From Candidatus Micrarchaeota archaeon (GTDB lineage Archaea > Micrarchaeota > Micrarchaeia > Micrarchaeales > CABMGC01): DNA of 49,172 nucleotides. A program made the translations under genes and the position numbers. This document shows, in pieces, positions 17,988 to 28,410 of this stretch (position 1 is its first letter; each line of letters opens with the position of its first letter). The DNA is taken from positions 1 through 49,172 of the forward strand of contig JAJZIU010000003.1 of assembly GCA_021810455.1 (NCBI GenBank), given 5' to 3'. The notes beneath the pieces are model-generated. The model saw only the letters and a program-made list of their open reading frames with translations. It did not search any database and was not told where the DNA came from.

Positions 17988-18677
17988 ATGGAAACAATCT
18001 GTATCTCCTTAGGCGGAAGTATAATCTCTAGAAAAAATGGTATAAACGTAGGATACGTAAGAAGGCTTTACAGGCTGCTTAAGAACTACAAAAACACTTC
18101 TAAATTCGTGATTGTGGTTGGAGGAGGATACACATCGAAATTGTATGTCCAATCATCAAAACAGATAATAAAAAACAATCTCATACTAGATGAAATTGCA
18201 ATATCTATAACCAGAATAAATGCGATGATATTGAAAGATATGCTTTCTGAGCTTAACGTTTATCCGAATATAGTTACAGATCTTGATGAACTGAGAGCCG
18301 CGTCACACAACAGTGGAATTGTGGTTATGGGAGGTTTGCTTCCTGGAATAAGTACAGACTCTGTCACAGTCTTGGCATGTGAAGTAGTCAATAGTAAGAC
18401 ACTGATAAATGTAAGCACAGAAGCTTATGTTTATGATAGACATCCATCCGAACCAGGAGCTAGAAGATTAGAGTACCTGACACATGATCAATTGATAAAA
18501 CTTGCTTCGAGGTTGGACCCCAGAGAGGCAAGATCTAATTTTATATTTGATTTAGTCGCAAGCAAATTAGCTAAACGATCTAACATAGAGATAAGATTTG
18601 TAAACGATAAAATGGATGAATTGAGATTTGCAATAGAGGGCAAGCATCATCGCGGAAGTACAGTAAAGAGAGTCTGA
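17988..18677 (+). CDS. pyrH: Uridylate kinase (archaeal type)
   Basis: ISLGGS, VVGGG, MGGLLPGISTD, FDLVA; amino-acid-kinase fold. Confidence 0.85.
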   Translation: METICISLGGSIISRKNGINVGYVRRLYRLLKNYKNTSKFVIVVGGGYTSKLYVQSSKQIIKNNLILDEIAISITRINAMILKDMLSELNVYPNIVTDLDELRAASHNSGIVVMGGLLPGISTDSVTVLACEVVNSKTLINVSTEAYVYDRHPSEPGARRLEYLTHDQLIKLASRLDPREARSNFIFDLVASKLAKRSNIEIRFVNDKMDELRFAIEGKHHRGSTVKRV

Positions 18678-18728
18678 TAGAAAATTTAACGCGATTTATC
18701 TACTATCGGGATTTCGAATTTCAAAAAC

Positions 18729-19418
18729 GTGAGTGTTGTGAAGGTCGTAAGAGTACTAAGAAAAGATAATGTAGACGTCTGTAAAATGACAGAAAAATCT
18801 TTTAGATGGGGAGACTACATCAATGATGTTTTTGATGATTGGGTTAAAAATGGCGTATTCTTAAAGGCTGTAGAAAACGATAAAATAGTTGGTATAATAC
18901 ATGTAAAGGTTTTCAAGGATTTTGTGTGGTTTGAAGGATTGCGTGTGCACAAGGATTACAGACGGAAAGGAATCGGCAGATTGCTAACTACAAAAGCCAT
19001 GGAGATTTCAGATGGAAAAACGATTAGGTTATTGATACATGAACACAACAAACCGTCAATGGCACTGTCAACTTCTCTAGGATTTAGACAGATAGACAAG
19101 ATTTATTATCATAGTGGAAGGGAGAGGGAGTTTTCAAAGGTGGTAGAGACATTAAAATTGAAGAAAGTAAAGGTAGATTTGCAAAAAGGGTACATGGACG
19201 GATGGACTTGGCATCCGAAAGAACATTACAAAAATCCAGTTTATTCGGGTATTTTTAGAGGGAAAAGAATTGTTGCACTTGAAACAAAACCATTATTTCT
19301 AATAGAAGGCAGTATGGGAAGTATGGCGTATGTGTCACATAATAAGGATGCGGGAAGCGGTTTCATTGTTTTTGAGTTAGATAAATCCAAACATAATGTG
19401 CAAAATACGAAACTTTGA
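18729..19418 (+). CDS. GNAT-family acetyltransferase
   Basis: EGLRVHKDYRRKGIGR acetyl-CoA motif. Confidence 0.85.
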   Translation: MSVVKVVRVLRKDNVDVCKMTEKSFRWGDYINDVFDDWVKNGVFLKAVENDKIVGIIHVKVFKDFVWFEGLRVHKDYRRKGIGRLLTTKAMEISDGKTIRLLIHEHNKPSMALSTSLGFRQIDKIYYHSGREREFSKVVETLKLKKVKVDLQKGYMDGWTWHPKEHYKNPVYSGIFRGKRIVALETKPLFLIEGSMGSMAYVSHNKDAGSGFIVFELDKSKHNVQNTKL

Positions 19419-19463
19419 CATATGAATAAATATTTTTCCTGATTCTTAGATATTGGTGGAAAA

Positions 19464-19898
19464 ATGGTAAAAAGAAGAAGAGGCTCGTGGATGGAGCCAA
19501 GATCCGAACTAGGATTGTGGCCTTTTAATGAATCTTTTTGGGGAAGGAGTATGCCGTCAAGGCTTTTAGGTATTGAATCTTCAATGCCGGATATTGACCT
19601 TGTGGATCAAGGCGATTCGATAAAAATAAGAGCCGACATGCCCGGAGTCAAGAAGGGTGACATAAAGATTAACGTAGATGAGAATTTTGTGACCATAAGT
19701 GCCGAGACGAAGCATGAGAAGGAGGAGGAAGGTAAAAACTATTACTTCAAGGAAAGAGCATCTTCAGGATACTATAGAAGATTGCGGCTTCCGACAAGCG
19801 TTGATCCGGAATCTTCAAAAGCCAAGTTTGAAGATGGAACATTAGAAGTGACCTTGAAGAAAACTAAAAATTCAGGGAAGAGTATAACAATAGATTGA
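19464..19898 (+). CDS. Small heat shock protein Hsp20
   Basis: ADMPGVKK, AKFEDGTLEVTL alpha-crystallin motifs. Confidence 0.95.
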   Translation: MVKRRRGSWMEPRSELGLWPFNESFWGRSMPSRLLGIESSMPDIDLVDQGDSIKIRADMPGVKKGDIKINVDENFVTISAETKHEKEEEGKNYYFKERASSGYYRRLRLPTSVDPESSKAKFEDGTLEVTLKKTKNSGKSITID

Positions 19899-19927
19899 AT
19901 AACCAGTACACAAACTAATGATAGGGT

Positions 19928-20974
19928 TCACTCTCCGGATTTTACTTTTTTAATATCTTCTTTTTTTATTGCAAGTTTTACAGCGCCGGTACCTATTGGT
20001 ATCTGTTTTCCTACGAGTATGTTTTCAGTGACTCCCTTCATAGGATCAACCTCGCTGAACAGCGCAGCGTTTACAAGATGTTTGACTGTTTCTTCATATG
20101 CAGCTCTTGCAAAAACAGAATTTTTCTGCCCGCTGAGTCCGTGTCTGCCGACTCCCTTTATAGTGCCACTGTAGGTCATCGCATCGGCAACTAGCAAGAG
20201 ATGCCTATCATCCACAGATATTTTCTGTTCTTCTAATGTTTTTCTGAGTTCATTTGCAAGTGTGTTCCTCGCAGCTTCTATTCCAAACAGCTTGTACATA
20301 GCAAAAACATCGTTGGTGTATGTTCTTGATTTGTCAACACCGTCCAACTTCATTACTTCACTTATGTTGCTTCCTGCAGTTATTACATAAAAGCTTCCAT
20401 CCTTGCTTTGTTGTATAAGCGCTTTTCCGGCATCCTCAATGCCCTGTATCACTTTTTTCATTATGCGTACTCCAGTTACTCTTATTTCTTTAAGGCTCTT
20501 GGTGTGCAGTTTTATGAGTATATTACCTTCATTGACTTCTGTTTCGACAGACATCAACTTTGCTATTTTTTGCGCTACTTGGTTGGGAGTCAATTCTTCA
20601 GCTGCAAGTGCCTGCTTATCAAGAACAAGTTTTACTGTGGATTTCGAAAAATTCTCTACAACTCTCTTCACAAGACTGCTGACTTTTATTTCGCTTATTT
20701 TCTTTGACATAGCATCAGACTTTTCGAAGTTCTTCTCTATGTCACTGTTGAAGTACACGTAAGTTATAGGAGTTGCTGGCTTCTTTTTAACATCTACAAG
20801 TTCGACTATTCTTGGAAGTCCTGATGTAGCTATTGTTGCCTCTATCCCAGCATAGTGGAACGTTCTGAGAATCATCTGAGTTCCTGGTTCACCGACAGAT
20901 TGTGCTGCAAGCATACCTACAGGTTCACCATAATTTACTTTATACTTATTTGCATTTTTTTCCATAGCCATCAC
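19928..20974 (-). CDS. rpoA2: RNA polymerase subunit A'' (Rpo1C)
   Basis: AAQSVGEPGTQMILRTFH trigger loop, GLPR, GIEAAR, GVTENI. Confidence 0.97.
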   Translation of the reverse strand: MMAMEKNANKYKVNYGEPVGMLAAQSVGEPGTQMILRTFHYAGIEATIATSGLPRIVELVDVKKKPATPITYVYFNSDIEKNFEKSDAMSKKISEIKVSSLVKRVVENFSKSTVKLVLDKQALAAEELTPNQVAQKIAKLMSVETEVNEGNILIKLHTKSLKEIRVTGVRIMKKVIQGIEDAGKALIQQSKDGSFYVITAGSNISEVMKLDGVDKSRTYTNDVFAMYKLFGIEAARNTLANELRKTLEEQKISVDDRHLLLVADAMTYSGTIKGVGRHGLSGQKNSVFARAAYEETVKHLVNAALFSEVDPMKGVTENILVGKQIPIGTGAVKLAIKKEDIKKVKSGE

Positions 20975-23490
20975 TTTTCTAACTCAACAAACTTTACGTT
21001 GACGGGATTGATTGCGTCACCACCGTAGACAGTCTGTATGATGTTGTTGTTGACATCTCTTACACTGTCATCCTCAGTTACGTAATAATCCTGCAGTGCG
21101 TTTGACAGTCTTCTGTACAGGTAGCCGCTCCTTCCAGTTAGGAGTGCCTTGTAAACTTCAGAACCTCTTGAACCTACAGCATGCATGAACAGATCTGCAG
21201 GTGAAAGTCCCATGTAGTAGTTTGTTATGATGAATCCTCTTGCACTGGGTCCGATATCGCGTTGTTTTATGTGAGGAAGAAGCCTTCCCGTATAGTAACC
21301 TCTTTTTATTCTTCCTCCGCTAAGAGTTGCCTGTTGCCCAAGGAACATGCTCATCTGTTCAAGATTGAGCACGCTTCCTCTGGATCCCGATCTAGCCATC
21401 TCTACTGCACTGTTCGTGCTATCCTCGTTTGATGCCAGAGTTTCACCAGCCTTGCTTCTCGCCATGTTGAGTTCTGCTATTATCATGCGTTCGAGAGACT
21501 CTCTTAACGTTTGTCCAATGAGTGCCTCTAACTTACCTTCCTTGTAGCTTTTTATCAGTTCGTTTACTTTAACCAAGGTTGCGTTAAGTATTTTCATCCT
21601 TTCGTCTTCCATGTGCTTGTTTATCGAGTACTCTTTGACTCCGACAGTTACTCCTGAAAGAGTAACGTATGCATCCGCTAGCTTGGATGAAACGAAGATG
21701 AATTTCCTAAGTTCTTCGTAACCATAGTTTTTGGCTATTTCGACGGATAATTCATTATCCCTTCCGTAAGTGTCCTTTGTGATGACACCTTCGAGGAGCT
21801 TTCCGTTCTTTATCTTGAATGGACCGTACACAGTGTCTTCCTCGTAATTGAGATCCTTGGGCAGAAGCATTGAGAATATATCCTTACCATTGTACTTGCC
21901 ATCCTTTCCAGGCTTTGGCATTTCATATATTCCTGCTATTCCGAGAAGATACGCGGTCTCATCATACTCAAGTTTTGTTTCATCTTTGGTTAATTGGAAT
22001 AAACCACTGATTCCGTCTTCGCTGTTTGTTATCACGGCTGCTCCGTCTCTTGGAGAGAATATTTGATACTGCACTTCCATGAGATACCTGGCTTCTGCTT
22101 GTGCTTCGAGGGTTTGAGGAACGTGAAGGTTCATTTCGTCTCCGTCGAAGTCTGCATTGTATGGAGTTGTAGTACAGTAATTTATCCTGAATGTCTTGCC
22201 AGGCAAAACGCGTATCCTATGCGCCATTATTGATATGCGGTGCAGTGACGGTTGTCTGTTGAACAGAGCTATGTCACCATCTATTACCTGTCTTTCCAAT
22301 ATCGAACCTACAGTCAATTCCTTGAGTATATCTTCTCTGTTTGCGTCTATGACACGTTTTCTTTTACCATCCTTTGAAATCATATTTACAACAGATGGAT
22401 ATTCGTTCCTTTTCAACAACTCCTTGGCATGCTCGATATTCCACGCGGTTACATAGAATGGTACAGTAAGCTTTGATGCTATTTCTATAGGAACACCAAC
22501 CTCGTCTATATCAAGATATGGATCTACGCTGATTACCGTTCTTGCAGAGTAATTAACTCTTTTTCCACTGAGGTTGTATCTAAATCTCCCTTCTTTTCCT
22601 TTCAATCTTTGTGCTATTGTTTTAAGTGCCCTGCCACTTCTGTGCCTTGCAGGGGGTATTCCTGATGTTTCATTGTTGAAGTATGCAGTGACATGATATT
22701 GGAGAAGTTCCCACAGATCGTCTATTATGATCTGCGGTGCGCCTGCGTTTATGTTCTGTTCAAGCCTTTGGCCTATCCTCATTATATCAACAAGCTTGTG
22801 TGTCAGATCGTCTTCGCTTCTTTCTCCTGATTCCAGAGTTATCGATGGCCTTACATTTACAGGAGGGACAAGAAGTGAACTTATTATCAGCCATTCTGGT
22901 CTGCTAACTTTTGGATCTATATTTAACAATCTAAGGTCATCATCACTTACCTTTGCAAGAAGATCACGGATTTCATCAGGTTTTAATCTCTTGTCTCCTA
23001 CGGTAAAGTATGTTGGTGCAGAGAAGTGTATTTTTGGTTGTTGTGAACCGCAGTGAGGACACTTGTTTCCAGACCTCTTTGCCATCTTGCCAGGCACGGT
23101 GTGATGATTTTCGCCATTTGCCTCAGATTCTTCGGATACAACCTTTTTCATCTCGTCTATCTGTTTGTCATCTAGAAGTATCCTATGGCATGTCATGCAT
23201 GTTGCATTTAACAGCATTCTAAGCACTTTTGCGAATTCAGAATGTATTACGGGTCTGACCAACTCTATGTGTCCGAAATGTCCAGGACATGTCTTTGCTC
23301 TTCCTCCGCAAGTCTTGCATACCAAACCAGGATCTATTACTCCGAGTCTTTGATCCAGTAAACCGCCATCTATCGGATAGCCGTCCTCGTTATACGTATC
23401 TGGAACCGTCAGTTTTGCAACGCTCATGTGCTTTATCTCTTCAGGAGAGACTATTCCGAATTTTATATGATCTATTACTTCTGCATGCAT
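20971..23490 (-). CDS. rpoA1: RNA polymerase subunit A' (Rpo1N)
   Basis: CPGHFGHIEL, NRQPSLH, YNADFDGDEMN. Confidence 0.98.
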   Translation of the reverse strand: MHAEVIDHIKFGIVSPEEIKHMSVAKLTVPDTYNEDGYPIDGGLLDQRLGVIDPGLVCKTCGGRAKTCPGHFGHIELVRPVIHSEFAKVLRMLLNATCMTCHRILLDDKQIDEMKKVVSEESEANGENHHTVPGKMAKRSGNKCPHCGSQQPKIHFSAPTYFTVGDKRLKPDEIRDLLAKVSDDDLRLLNIDPKVSRPEWLIISSLLVPPVNVRPSITLESGERSEDDLTHKLVDIMRIGQRLEQNINAGAPQIIIDDLWELLQYHVTAYFNNETSGIPPARHRSGRALKTIAQRLKGKEGRFRYNLSGKRVNYSARTVISVDPYLDIDEVGVPIEIASKLTVPFYVTAWNIEHAKELLKRNEYPSVVNMISKDGKRKRVIDANREDILKELTVGSILERQVIDGDIALFNRQPSLHRISIMAHRIRVLPGKTFRINYCTTTPYNADFDGDEMNLHVPQTLEAQAEARYLMEVQYQIFSPRDGAAVITNSEDGISGLFQLTKDETKLEYDETAYLLGIAGIYEMPKPGKDGKYNGKDIFSMLLPKDLNYEEDTVYGPFKIKNGKLLEGVITKDTYGRDNELSVEIAKNYGYEELRKFIFVSSKLADAYVTLSGVTVGVKEYSINKHMEDERMKILNATLVKVNELIKSYKEGKLEALIGQTLRESLERMIIAELNMARSKAGETLASNEDSTNSAVEMARSGSRGSVLNLEQMSMFLGQQATLSGGRIKRGYYTGRLLPHIKQRDIGPSARGFIITNYYMGLSPADLFMHAVGSRGSEVYKALLTGRSGYLYRRLSNALQDYYVTEDDSVRDVNNNIIQTVYGGDAINPVNVKFVELEK

Positions 23491-23494
23491 AATA

Positions 23495-25315
23495 TCACTC
23501 GTTCAGTTTTACGCTCGGTAGTATGTGGAGCGATTTTATCTCATCAAGGAGAACCTTAAATGCGTAGCTTATCTCAATCTCCTCGAGAGAGTTGCCTCCG
23601 CAAAGCGGACATATGGCAGTACGCTTTATGTAATCGTAATATCCCATGCTTCCACACTGTGAGCAAACAAGGACGCTTGTCTTGTCGCTCTGATCGAGCA
23701 TACGTTCTTTTAACAACAAGCTTGCTCCGTGGCCTATCAGAGCATCTCTTTCCATCTCTCCAAATCTCAGAGCCCCTTGTCTTGCCTTTCCTTCAGTAGG
23801 TTGATGAGTTAGTATCTGTACCTTTCCTCTGCTTCTTACCTGTATCTTGTTGCTTACCATATGGTACAGACGATTGTAGTACACGACTCCGGTGAATATT
23901 TTAGCCTTGAACGGCCTTCCGGTTATTCCATCATAAAGTATTTCGTCCCCGTGTCTGTCAAAGCCGTATTGGCTTAGTGTGTTTCCATACTCATCTATCC
24001 TATTCTTTCCGCTTGTGGTGAATGCAGATCCATCAACTTTCTTACCAGATACAGCACCGACTTTTCCTCCAAGCATTTCGAGTAGGTGCCCGAACGTAAG
24101 TCTTGTAGGTATGCTGTGTGGATTAAGAAGCAGGTCTGGAACTATGCCATTTTCACTAAATGGCATGTCTTCCTGATTTGCAAGAAGTGCTATTACGCCT
24201 TTCTGACCGTGTCTACTTGCAAATTTGTCTCCCTTTTCAGGTATTCTTTGGCTTCTAACCCTGACTTTTACTATCCTAGTAGCTCCAGTGGTTTCAGTTG
24301 CTATTACGCTGTCTATAGTTCCGTTTTCTCCTGCCTTAAGAACAACAGAATCATCTCTGACTTTTTCTTCAAGACCTCCTGCCCCTATGTTTTCTTCAAG
24401 GAATCTCGGTGGTGCAACCTTACCTATTAAAACATCACCCTCGTCTACAGACACTTCGGGTTCTATTATACCATCTTCACTGAGTTTTGAATATGCGTGC
24501 TCTCCCATGTAGCCTTCCGCAGTAGGAGGCGGAATCCTAAACTTGTCGCGTTGACCTCCAGGATATCTTCTTTCTTCATCACTGTATGATTTGTAGAATA
24601 CGCTTCTCCCAAGACCTCGGTCTACAGCTGACTTGTTTATCACTATTGCGTCTGCCATGTTGTATCCATAGTAAGTTGATATAGCTACCACGAAGTTTTG
24701 ACCGCTAGGATGCGACTTTATGTTCGCATAGTCATAAGCAGCGGTTGTAACTATCGGAACTTGTGGATAATAGAGAAGGTATCCTCTTGAATCAAATCTT
24801 TGATCAAAGTTTGTTGAGTACAATCCTTGCGATTGTTTTATGAAGTTTGCACTCATTGCGTGTCTTGCAAGTGCATTGTGTTCTGGAAATGGTGATGTGT
24901 TAATAGTCAAACCGAATACCGAAGCCAGGTCAAACTCCAGATGAGTGGTTTCCGGAGTTACATCTTTTCTGAAGAATGCTATTAGCGCGTTTTCCTCTTC
25001 TTCAGCATCAAGAAACTCGACCACACCATTTCTAAGCAGATATGCGAAATTTATTTCGTTTCTCTTTATTTTTTCAATCATTTCGGTTGTTAGTTTTGGT
25101 TGCCCGTTTTCGACTATTATGTATGGCTTTCTTATTCTGCCCCTATCCGTATTAACGCGAACTTCTCCAAGTTTTTCCATGTAAGATATGTTGACTTCAC
25201 CGGATATCTGTCCCTTTCTTCTTGATGTTCTTACTTCGTTTACGAATTTTGCAGGATTGTCAACAGAGCCTATAGCGCGTCCGTTCAAATATATGTAGCA
25301 TTTTTTTATTTCCAT
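23495..25315 (-). CDS. rpoB1: RNA polymerase subunit B' (Rpo2C)
   Basis: GDKFASRHGQKG, LYHMV, RFGEMERD, C-terminal zinc ribbon. Confidence 0.97.
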   Translation of the reverse strand: MEIKKCYIYLNGRAIGSVDNPAKFVNEVRTSRRKGQISGEVNISYMEKLGEVRVNTDRGRIRKPYIIVENGQPKLTTEMIEKIKRNEINFAYLLRNGVVEFLDAEEEENALIAFFRKDVTPETTHLEFDLASVFGLTINTSPFPEHNALARHAMSANFIKQSQGLYSTNFDQRFDSRGYLLYYPQVPIVTTAAYDYANIKSHPSGQNFVVAISTYYGYNMADAIVINKSAVDRGLGRSVFYKSYSDEERRYPGGQRDKFRIPPPTAEGYMGEHAYSKLSEDGIIEPEVSVDEGDVLIGKVAPPRFLEENIGAGGLEEKVRDDSVVLKAGENGTIDSVIATETTGATRIVKVRVRSQRIPEKGDKFASRHGQKGVIALLANQEDMPFSENGIVPDLLLNPHSIPTRLTFGHLLEMLGGKVGAVSGKKVDGSAFTTSGKNRIDEYGNTLSQYGFDRHGDEILYDGITGRPFKAKIFTGVVYYNRLYHMVSNKIQVRSRGKVQILTHQPTEGKARQGALRFGEMERDALIGHGASLLLKERMLDQSDKTSVLVCSQCGSMGYYDYIKRTAICPLCGGNSLEEIEISYAFKVLLDEIKSLHILPSVKLNE

Positions 25316-25325
25316 TAGATCAACC

Positions 25326-26813
25326 TTAGAACTCTTTTATCCCTATCTTCTTGAGCTCTTGTTCAGTCATGGCTTCATCAGCACCGACAGTGACTCTTGA
25401 AAGAAGTGCGAGATACTTTGTCAAACCTACCTCCTGTCCTTCAGGACTTTCTGATACACAAATCTTTCCCCATTGAGTCCCATGGACATCTCTTGCTTTG
25501 AAGTGGGGATGCTTTTTAGCTAGAGGAGACTTTACTCTTCTCAGATGTGCATACGTGCTTATCATGTTTGTTCTGTCAAGTACCTGCGATACCCCAGTTT
25601 GACCAGCAACCCACATTCCAGTACCCATAGCATAAGCTATCTTTTCGGTGAGAGTATCGGGACTTATTATCGATTGCATTCCTAGTCTCCTTCCCCTGGC
25701 ACTCATCCTTTCGACTTGGTATTTGACTTCTTTTAGGAAGAATCTAAACGCATATGCAAAAAGTTCTTCCATGAGTTCTCCAGAAAATCTGACTCTCTTA
25801 TTTGCATAGTGATCTTTGTCATCCTGTTTGACCATTTTATTAGCAACCAGTGTTCCCTTTCTTGCCATTTGCAGCAGATATCTTGCCTTTTCTTTTCTGC
25901 TAGTTGCATCATTGCCTATGTGAGGAAGAAGATAGCTATCCATCTGAGTTTCTGCCCTTTTTATCTGGTACTCCTTTGCCTGTCCCGGAGCTGCCATTTT
26001 ACCTATCTCCCAGAGTGCTTCTGAAGGCTGCATATCTCCATTTTCTGACAGGGGGCTAGTCTCTATACACAGCAATATATCATTTTTGAAATGCAGTACA
26101 TCACTCGCGTACTCTTTCATATCAGTAACCTGTAGACCCAATGCCCTAAGTAAAAGTATTAGATCTATGCTTTTACTCACTGTTGGAAAATCAACAGTAA
26201 ATATGCCATTTTGATTTCTAGATACAACACACCTTGCTCTGAATCCAGGTGTTGATGAAAACACCCTACTTTTAACTTCGGTACCTCCCTTCTCTTTTGT
26301 AGTTATTATCCTGTTTGAAGCCACATCCTCTAGACCTATAAGAACTCTTTCTACTCCTTTTATTATGAAATATCCGCCAGGATCATCAGGATCCTCACCG
26401 TTTTCTATGAGTTGATCCCTGCTTAATACGCGCGTGTTGCATATGCTGCTTCCGACCATAACCGGAAGTTCTCCTACGAATACATCCCCATAAGACCCGA
26501 CCTTTTCTATACCACGTATAACAGGAATTACTTCCATGAATATAGGAGCGGAATAAGTAACGTTCCTAAGACGCGCCTCGTTCGGAGTTATACTTCTCCT
26601 AGAACTGTCTGCCTCTATTATTGAAGGGCTACCTATACGGACATTGCCAAGTTTTAATGCGAAGCCCTCTACACTGGGTTCTATCAAACTCTGTTTTGCA
26701 ACTATTTTTTTAATACCAGTATCGACAAATCTATTGTAACTCTCAGTCTGGTGCTGCACCAGTGCTGAAGGGCTTAGATACTTATCCATCAAGCTAAAAT
26801 CTTCATCAACCAT
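25326..26813 (-). CDS. rpoB2: RNA polymerase subunit B'' (Rpo2N)
   Basis: EARLRNVTYSAP, DPGGYFII, DDKDHYANKR, GVSQVLDR. Confidence 0.97.
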   Translation of the reverse strand: MVDEDFSLMDKYLSPSALVQHQTESYNRFVDTGIKKIVAKQSLIEPSVEGFALKLGNVRIGSPSIIEADSSRRSITPNEARLRNVTYSAPIFMEVIPVIRGIEKVGSYGDVFVGELPVMVGSSICNTRVLSRDQLIENGEDPDDPGGYFIIKGVERVLIGLEDVASNRIITTKEKGGTEVKSRVFSSTPGFRARCVVSRNQNGIFTVDFPTVSKSIDLILLLRALGLQVTDMKEYASDVLHFKNDILLCIETSPLSENGDMQPSEALWEIGKMAAPGQAKEYQIKRAETQMDSYLLPHIGNDATSRKEKARYLLQMARKGTLVANKMVKQDDKDHYANKRVRFSGELMEELFAYAFRFFLKEVKYQVERMSARGRRLGMQSIISPDTLTEKIAYAMGTGMWVAGQTGVSQVLDRTNMISTYAHLRRVKSPLAKKHPHFKARDVHGTQWGKICVSESPEGQEVGLTKYLALLSRVTVGADEAMTEQELKKIGIKEF

Positions 26814-26817
26814 TAGA

Positions 26818-27051
26818 TCACTCTACAACCAACCTGTAATAAGGATACTTCTTTCCGTAGTCATTTCTGCTTATTTTTATAACCTGACCAGGCTTCGCGC
26901 CTATGCCCTGTATCTGAGGATCTTCTACGGATATCTTTGGAAGATTTTCCCTCTTCAACTTCATACTTCCCAATATCTCTTCTGCATCTTTCTCGTCGAG
27001 TATTTCGTGAACTGGCACGAATCTATGGCCGCCTTTTTCTACCAAAAACAC
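26818..27051 (-). CDS. rpoH: RNA polymerase subunit H (Rpo5)
   Basis: VPVHEIL, LPKI..EDP, GQVIKISR, YYRLVV. Confidence 0.95.
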   Translation of the reverse strand: MFLVEKGGHRFVPVHEILDEKDAEEILGSMKLKRENLPKISVEDPQIQGIGAKPGQVIKISRNDYGKKYPYYRLVVE

Positions 27052-27283
27052 ACCTTTTTAAAAAGAGAACTAACTGTAACGCTAGTCGATTTCGCATGCA
27101 TTAGTGTATATTTGAAGAATATCTTTAAATATCTTATCTAGCAAAACGTGTTGGCAAGTACCTATATATAATAGCATTGTTTTTGTTGTGTCTTTTTTGT
27201 AGGTGCAGAAAATGCTAAAGGGATAAAAATATGAAAGCATAGATTGATTCAGAGTAGTTTAAACGCTACGACAAAATGGTTTT

Positions 27284-28399
27284 ATGAAAGAGTTAGTAAC
27301 TCCTTACGATGTTGAGGGGAATGTGGAGTATGATTCGCTTGTTAAGAACTTCGGAGTGGATCTCATAGACAATAAACTCATCGAGAGAATAGAGAAACTT
27401 GCAGGAGAACCGAATTACATGATAAGAAGAGGCATATTTTTCGCGCACAGAGATATGAATTGGTTGTTAGACCAGTATGAGAAGGGAAACGGATTTTATG
27501 TATACACAGGCATAGCGCCTTCGGGAACTATGACAATCGCACACCTGATACCATTCGTGATGGCACAGTGGCTTCAGGAAAAATTTGATGCTGAAGTTTA
27601 CATACAGATTCCTGATGAGGAAAAATTCCTAACAAAAAAGAACATAAATGACTTAGAGATCACACACGGACTAGCGTATGAAGACGCACTCAGTATAGCT
27701 GCGTTGGGTTTTGATAAGAAGAAAACGCACATATTTCTAGATACAGAATATGCAGGAACGATGTACAAAAACGCGGTAAGAGTTGCAAAGCACGTTACGT
27801 TTTCTATGATAAAAGATGCGTTTGGATTCACAAATGAAACAAACATAGGTGCAATATTTTATACAAGTCTTCAGGCAGTCGGGACGTTTATAAAATCAGT
27901 AAGGGATAAAAAGAACGTCCCATGTCTCATCCCCTTGGGAATAGACCAGGATGTACATTTCAGAATAGCAAGAGATGTAGTGGGTAAACTGGGTTACTAT
28001 AAACCAGCAATAATGCATAGTAAGTTCTTGCCAGGACTCAAGGGAGAGCCGAAGATGTCATCAAGCGACCCAAGCAAGACAATATATCTGAACGACGATC
28101 CAGAAACCGTTAAGAGAAAAATAAATTCTGCGATAACTGGGCAGCAATCCACAATTGAACTCCAAAAGAAGTACGGAGGTGATCCGGAAAAATGTTCAGT
28201 GTGCCAGTATTACAAGTACCTTTTTGAACCTGATGACAAAAAACTTGAAGCGATATTTGATGGTGAGAGAAGTGGAAAGGTGCTTGCCGGTGAACATAAA
28301 GCTGATCTAACCAACAGAGTAAATAAATTTATAGAGAACCATAAGAGGGAAAGAGATAGAATAAGACCGCACCTAGAAGAGTTCATGTTGAAAGATTAG
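27284..28399 (+). CDS. trpS: Tryptophanyl-tRNA synthetase
   Basis: VTPYDV, RRGIFFAHRD, GIDQD, KMSSS. Confidence 0.96.
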   Translation: MKELVTPYDVEGNVEYDSLVKNFGVDLIDNKLIERIEKLAGEPNYMIRRGIFFAHRDMNWLLDQYEKGNGFYVYTGIAPSGTMTIAHLIPFVMAQWLQEKFDAEVYIQIPDEEKFLTKKNINDLEITHGLAYEDALSIAALGFDKKKTHIFLDTEYAGTMYKNAVRVAKHVTFSMIKDAFGFTNETNIGAIFYTSLQAVGTFIKSVRDKKNVPCLIPLGIDQDVHFRIARDVVGKLGYYKPAIMHSKFLPGLKGEPKMSSSDPSKTIYLNDDPETVKRKINSAITGQQSTIELQKKYGGDPEKCSVCQYYKYLFEPDDKKLEAIFDGERSGKVLAGEHKADLTNRVNKFIENHKRERDRIRPHLEEFMLKD

Positions 28400-28410
28400 A
28401 TGGTAAATAG

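Noticed and set aside
17988-18677. Carbamate kinase (arcC) next to argF
   Set aside because: Length and motifs (MGGLLPGISTD, FDLVA) fit an archaeal UMP kinase
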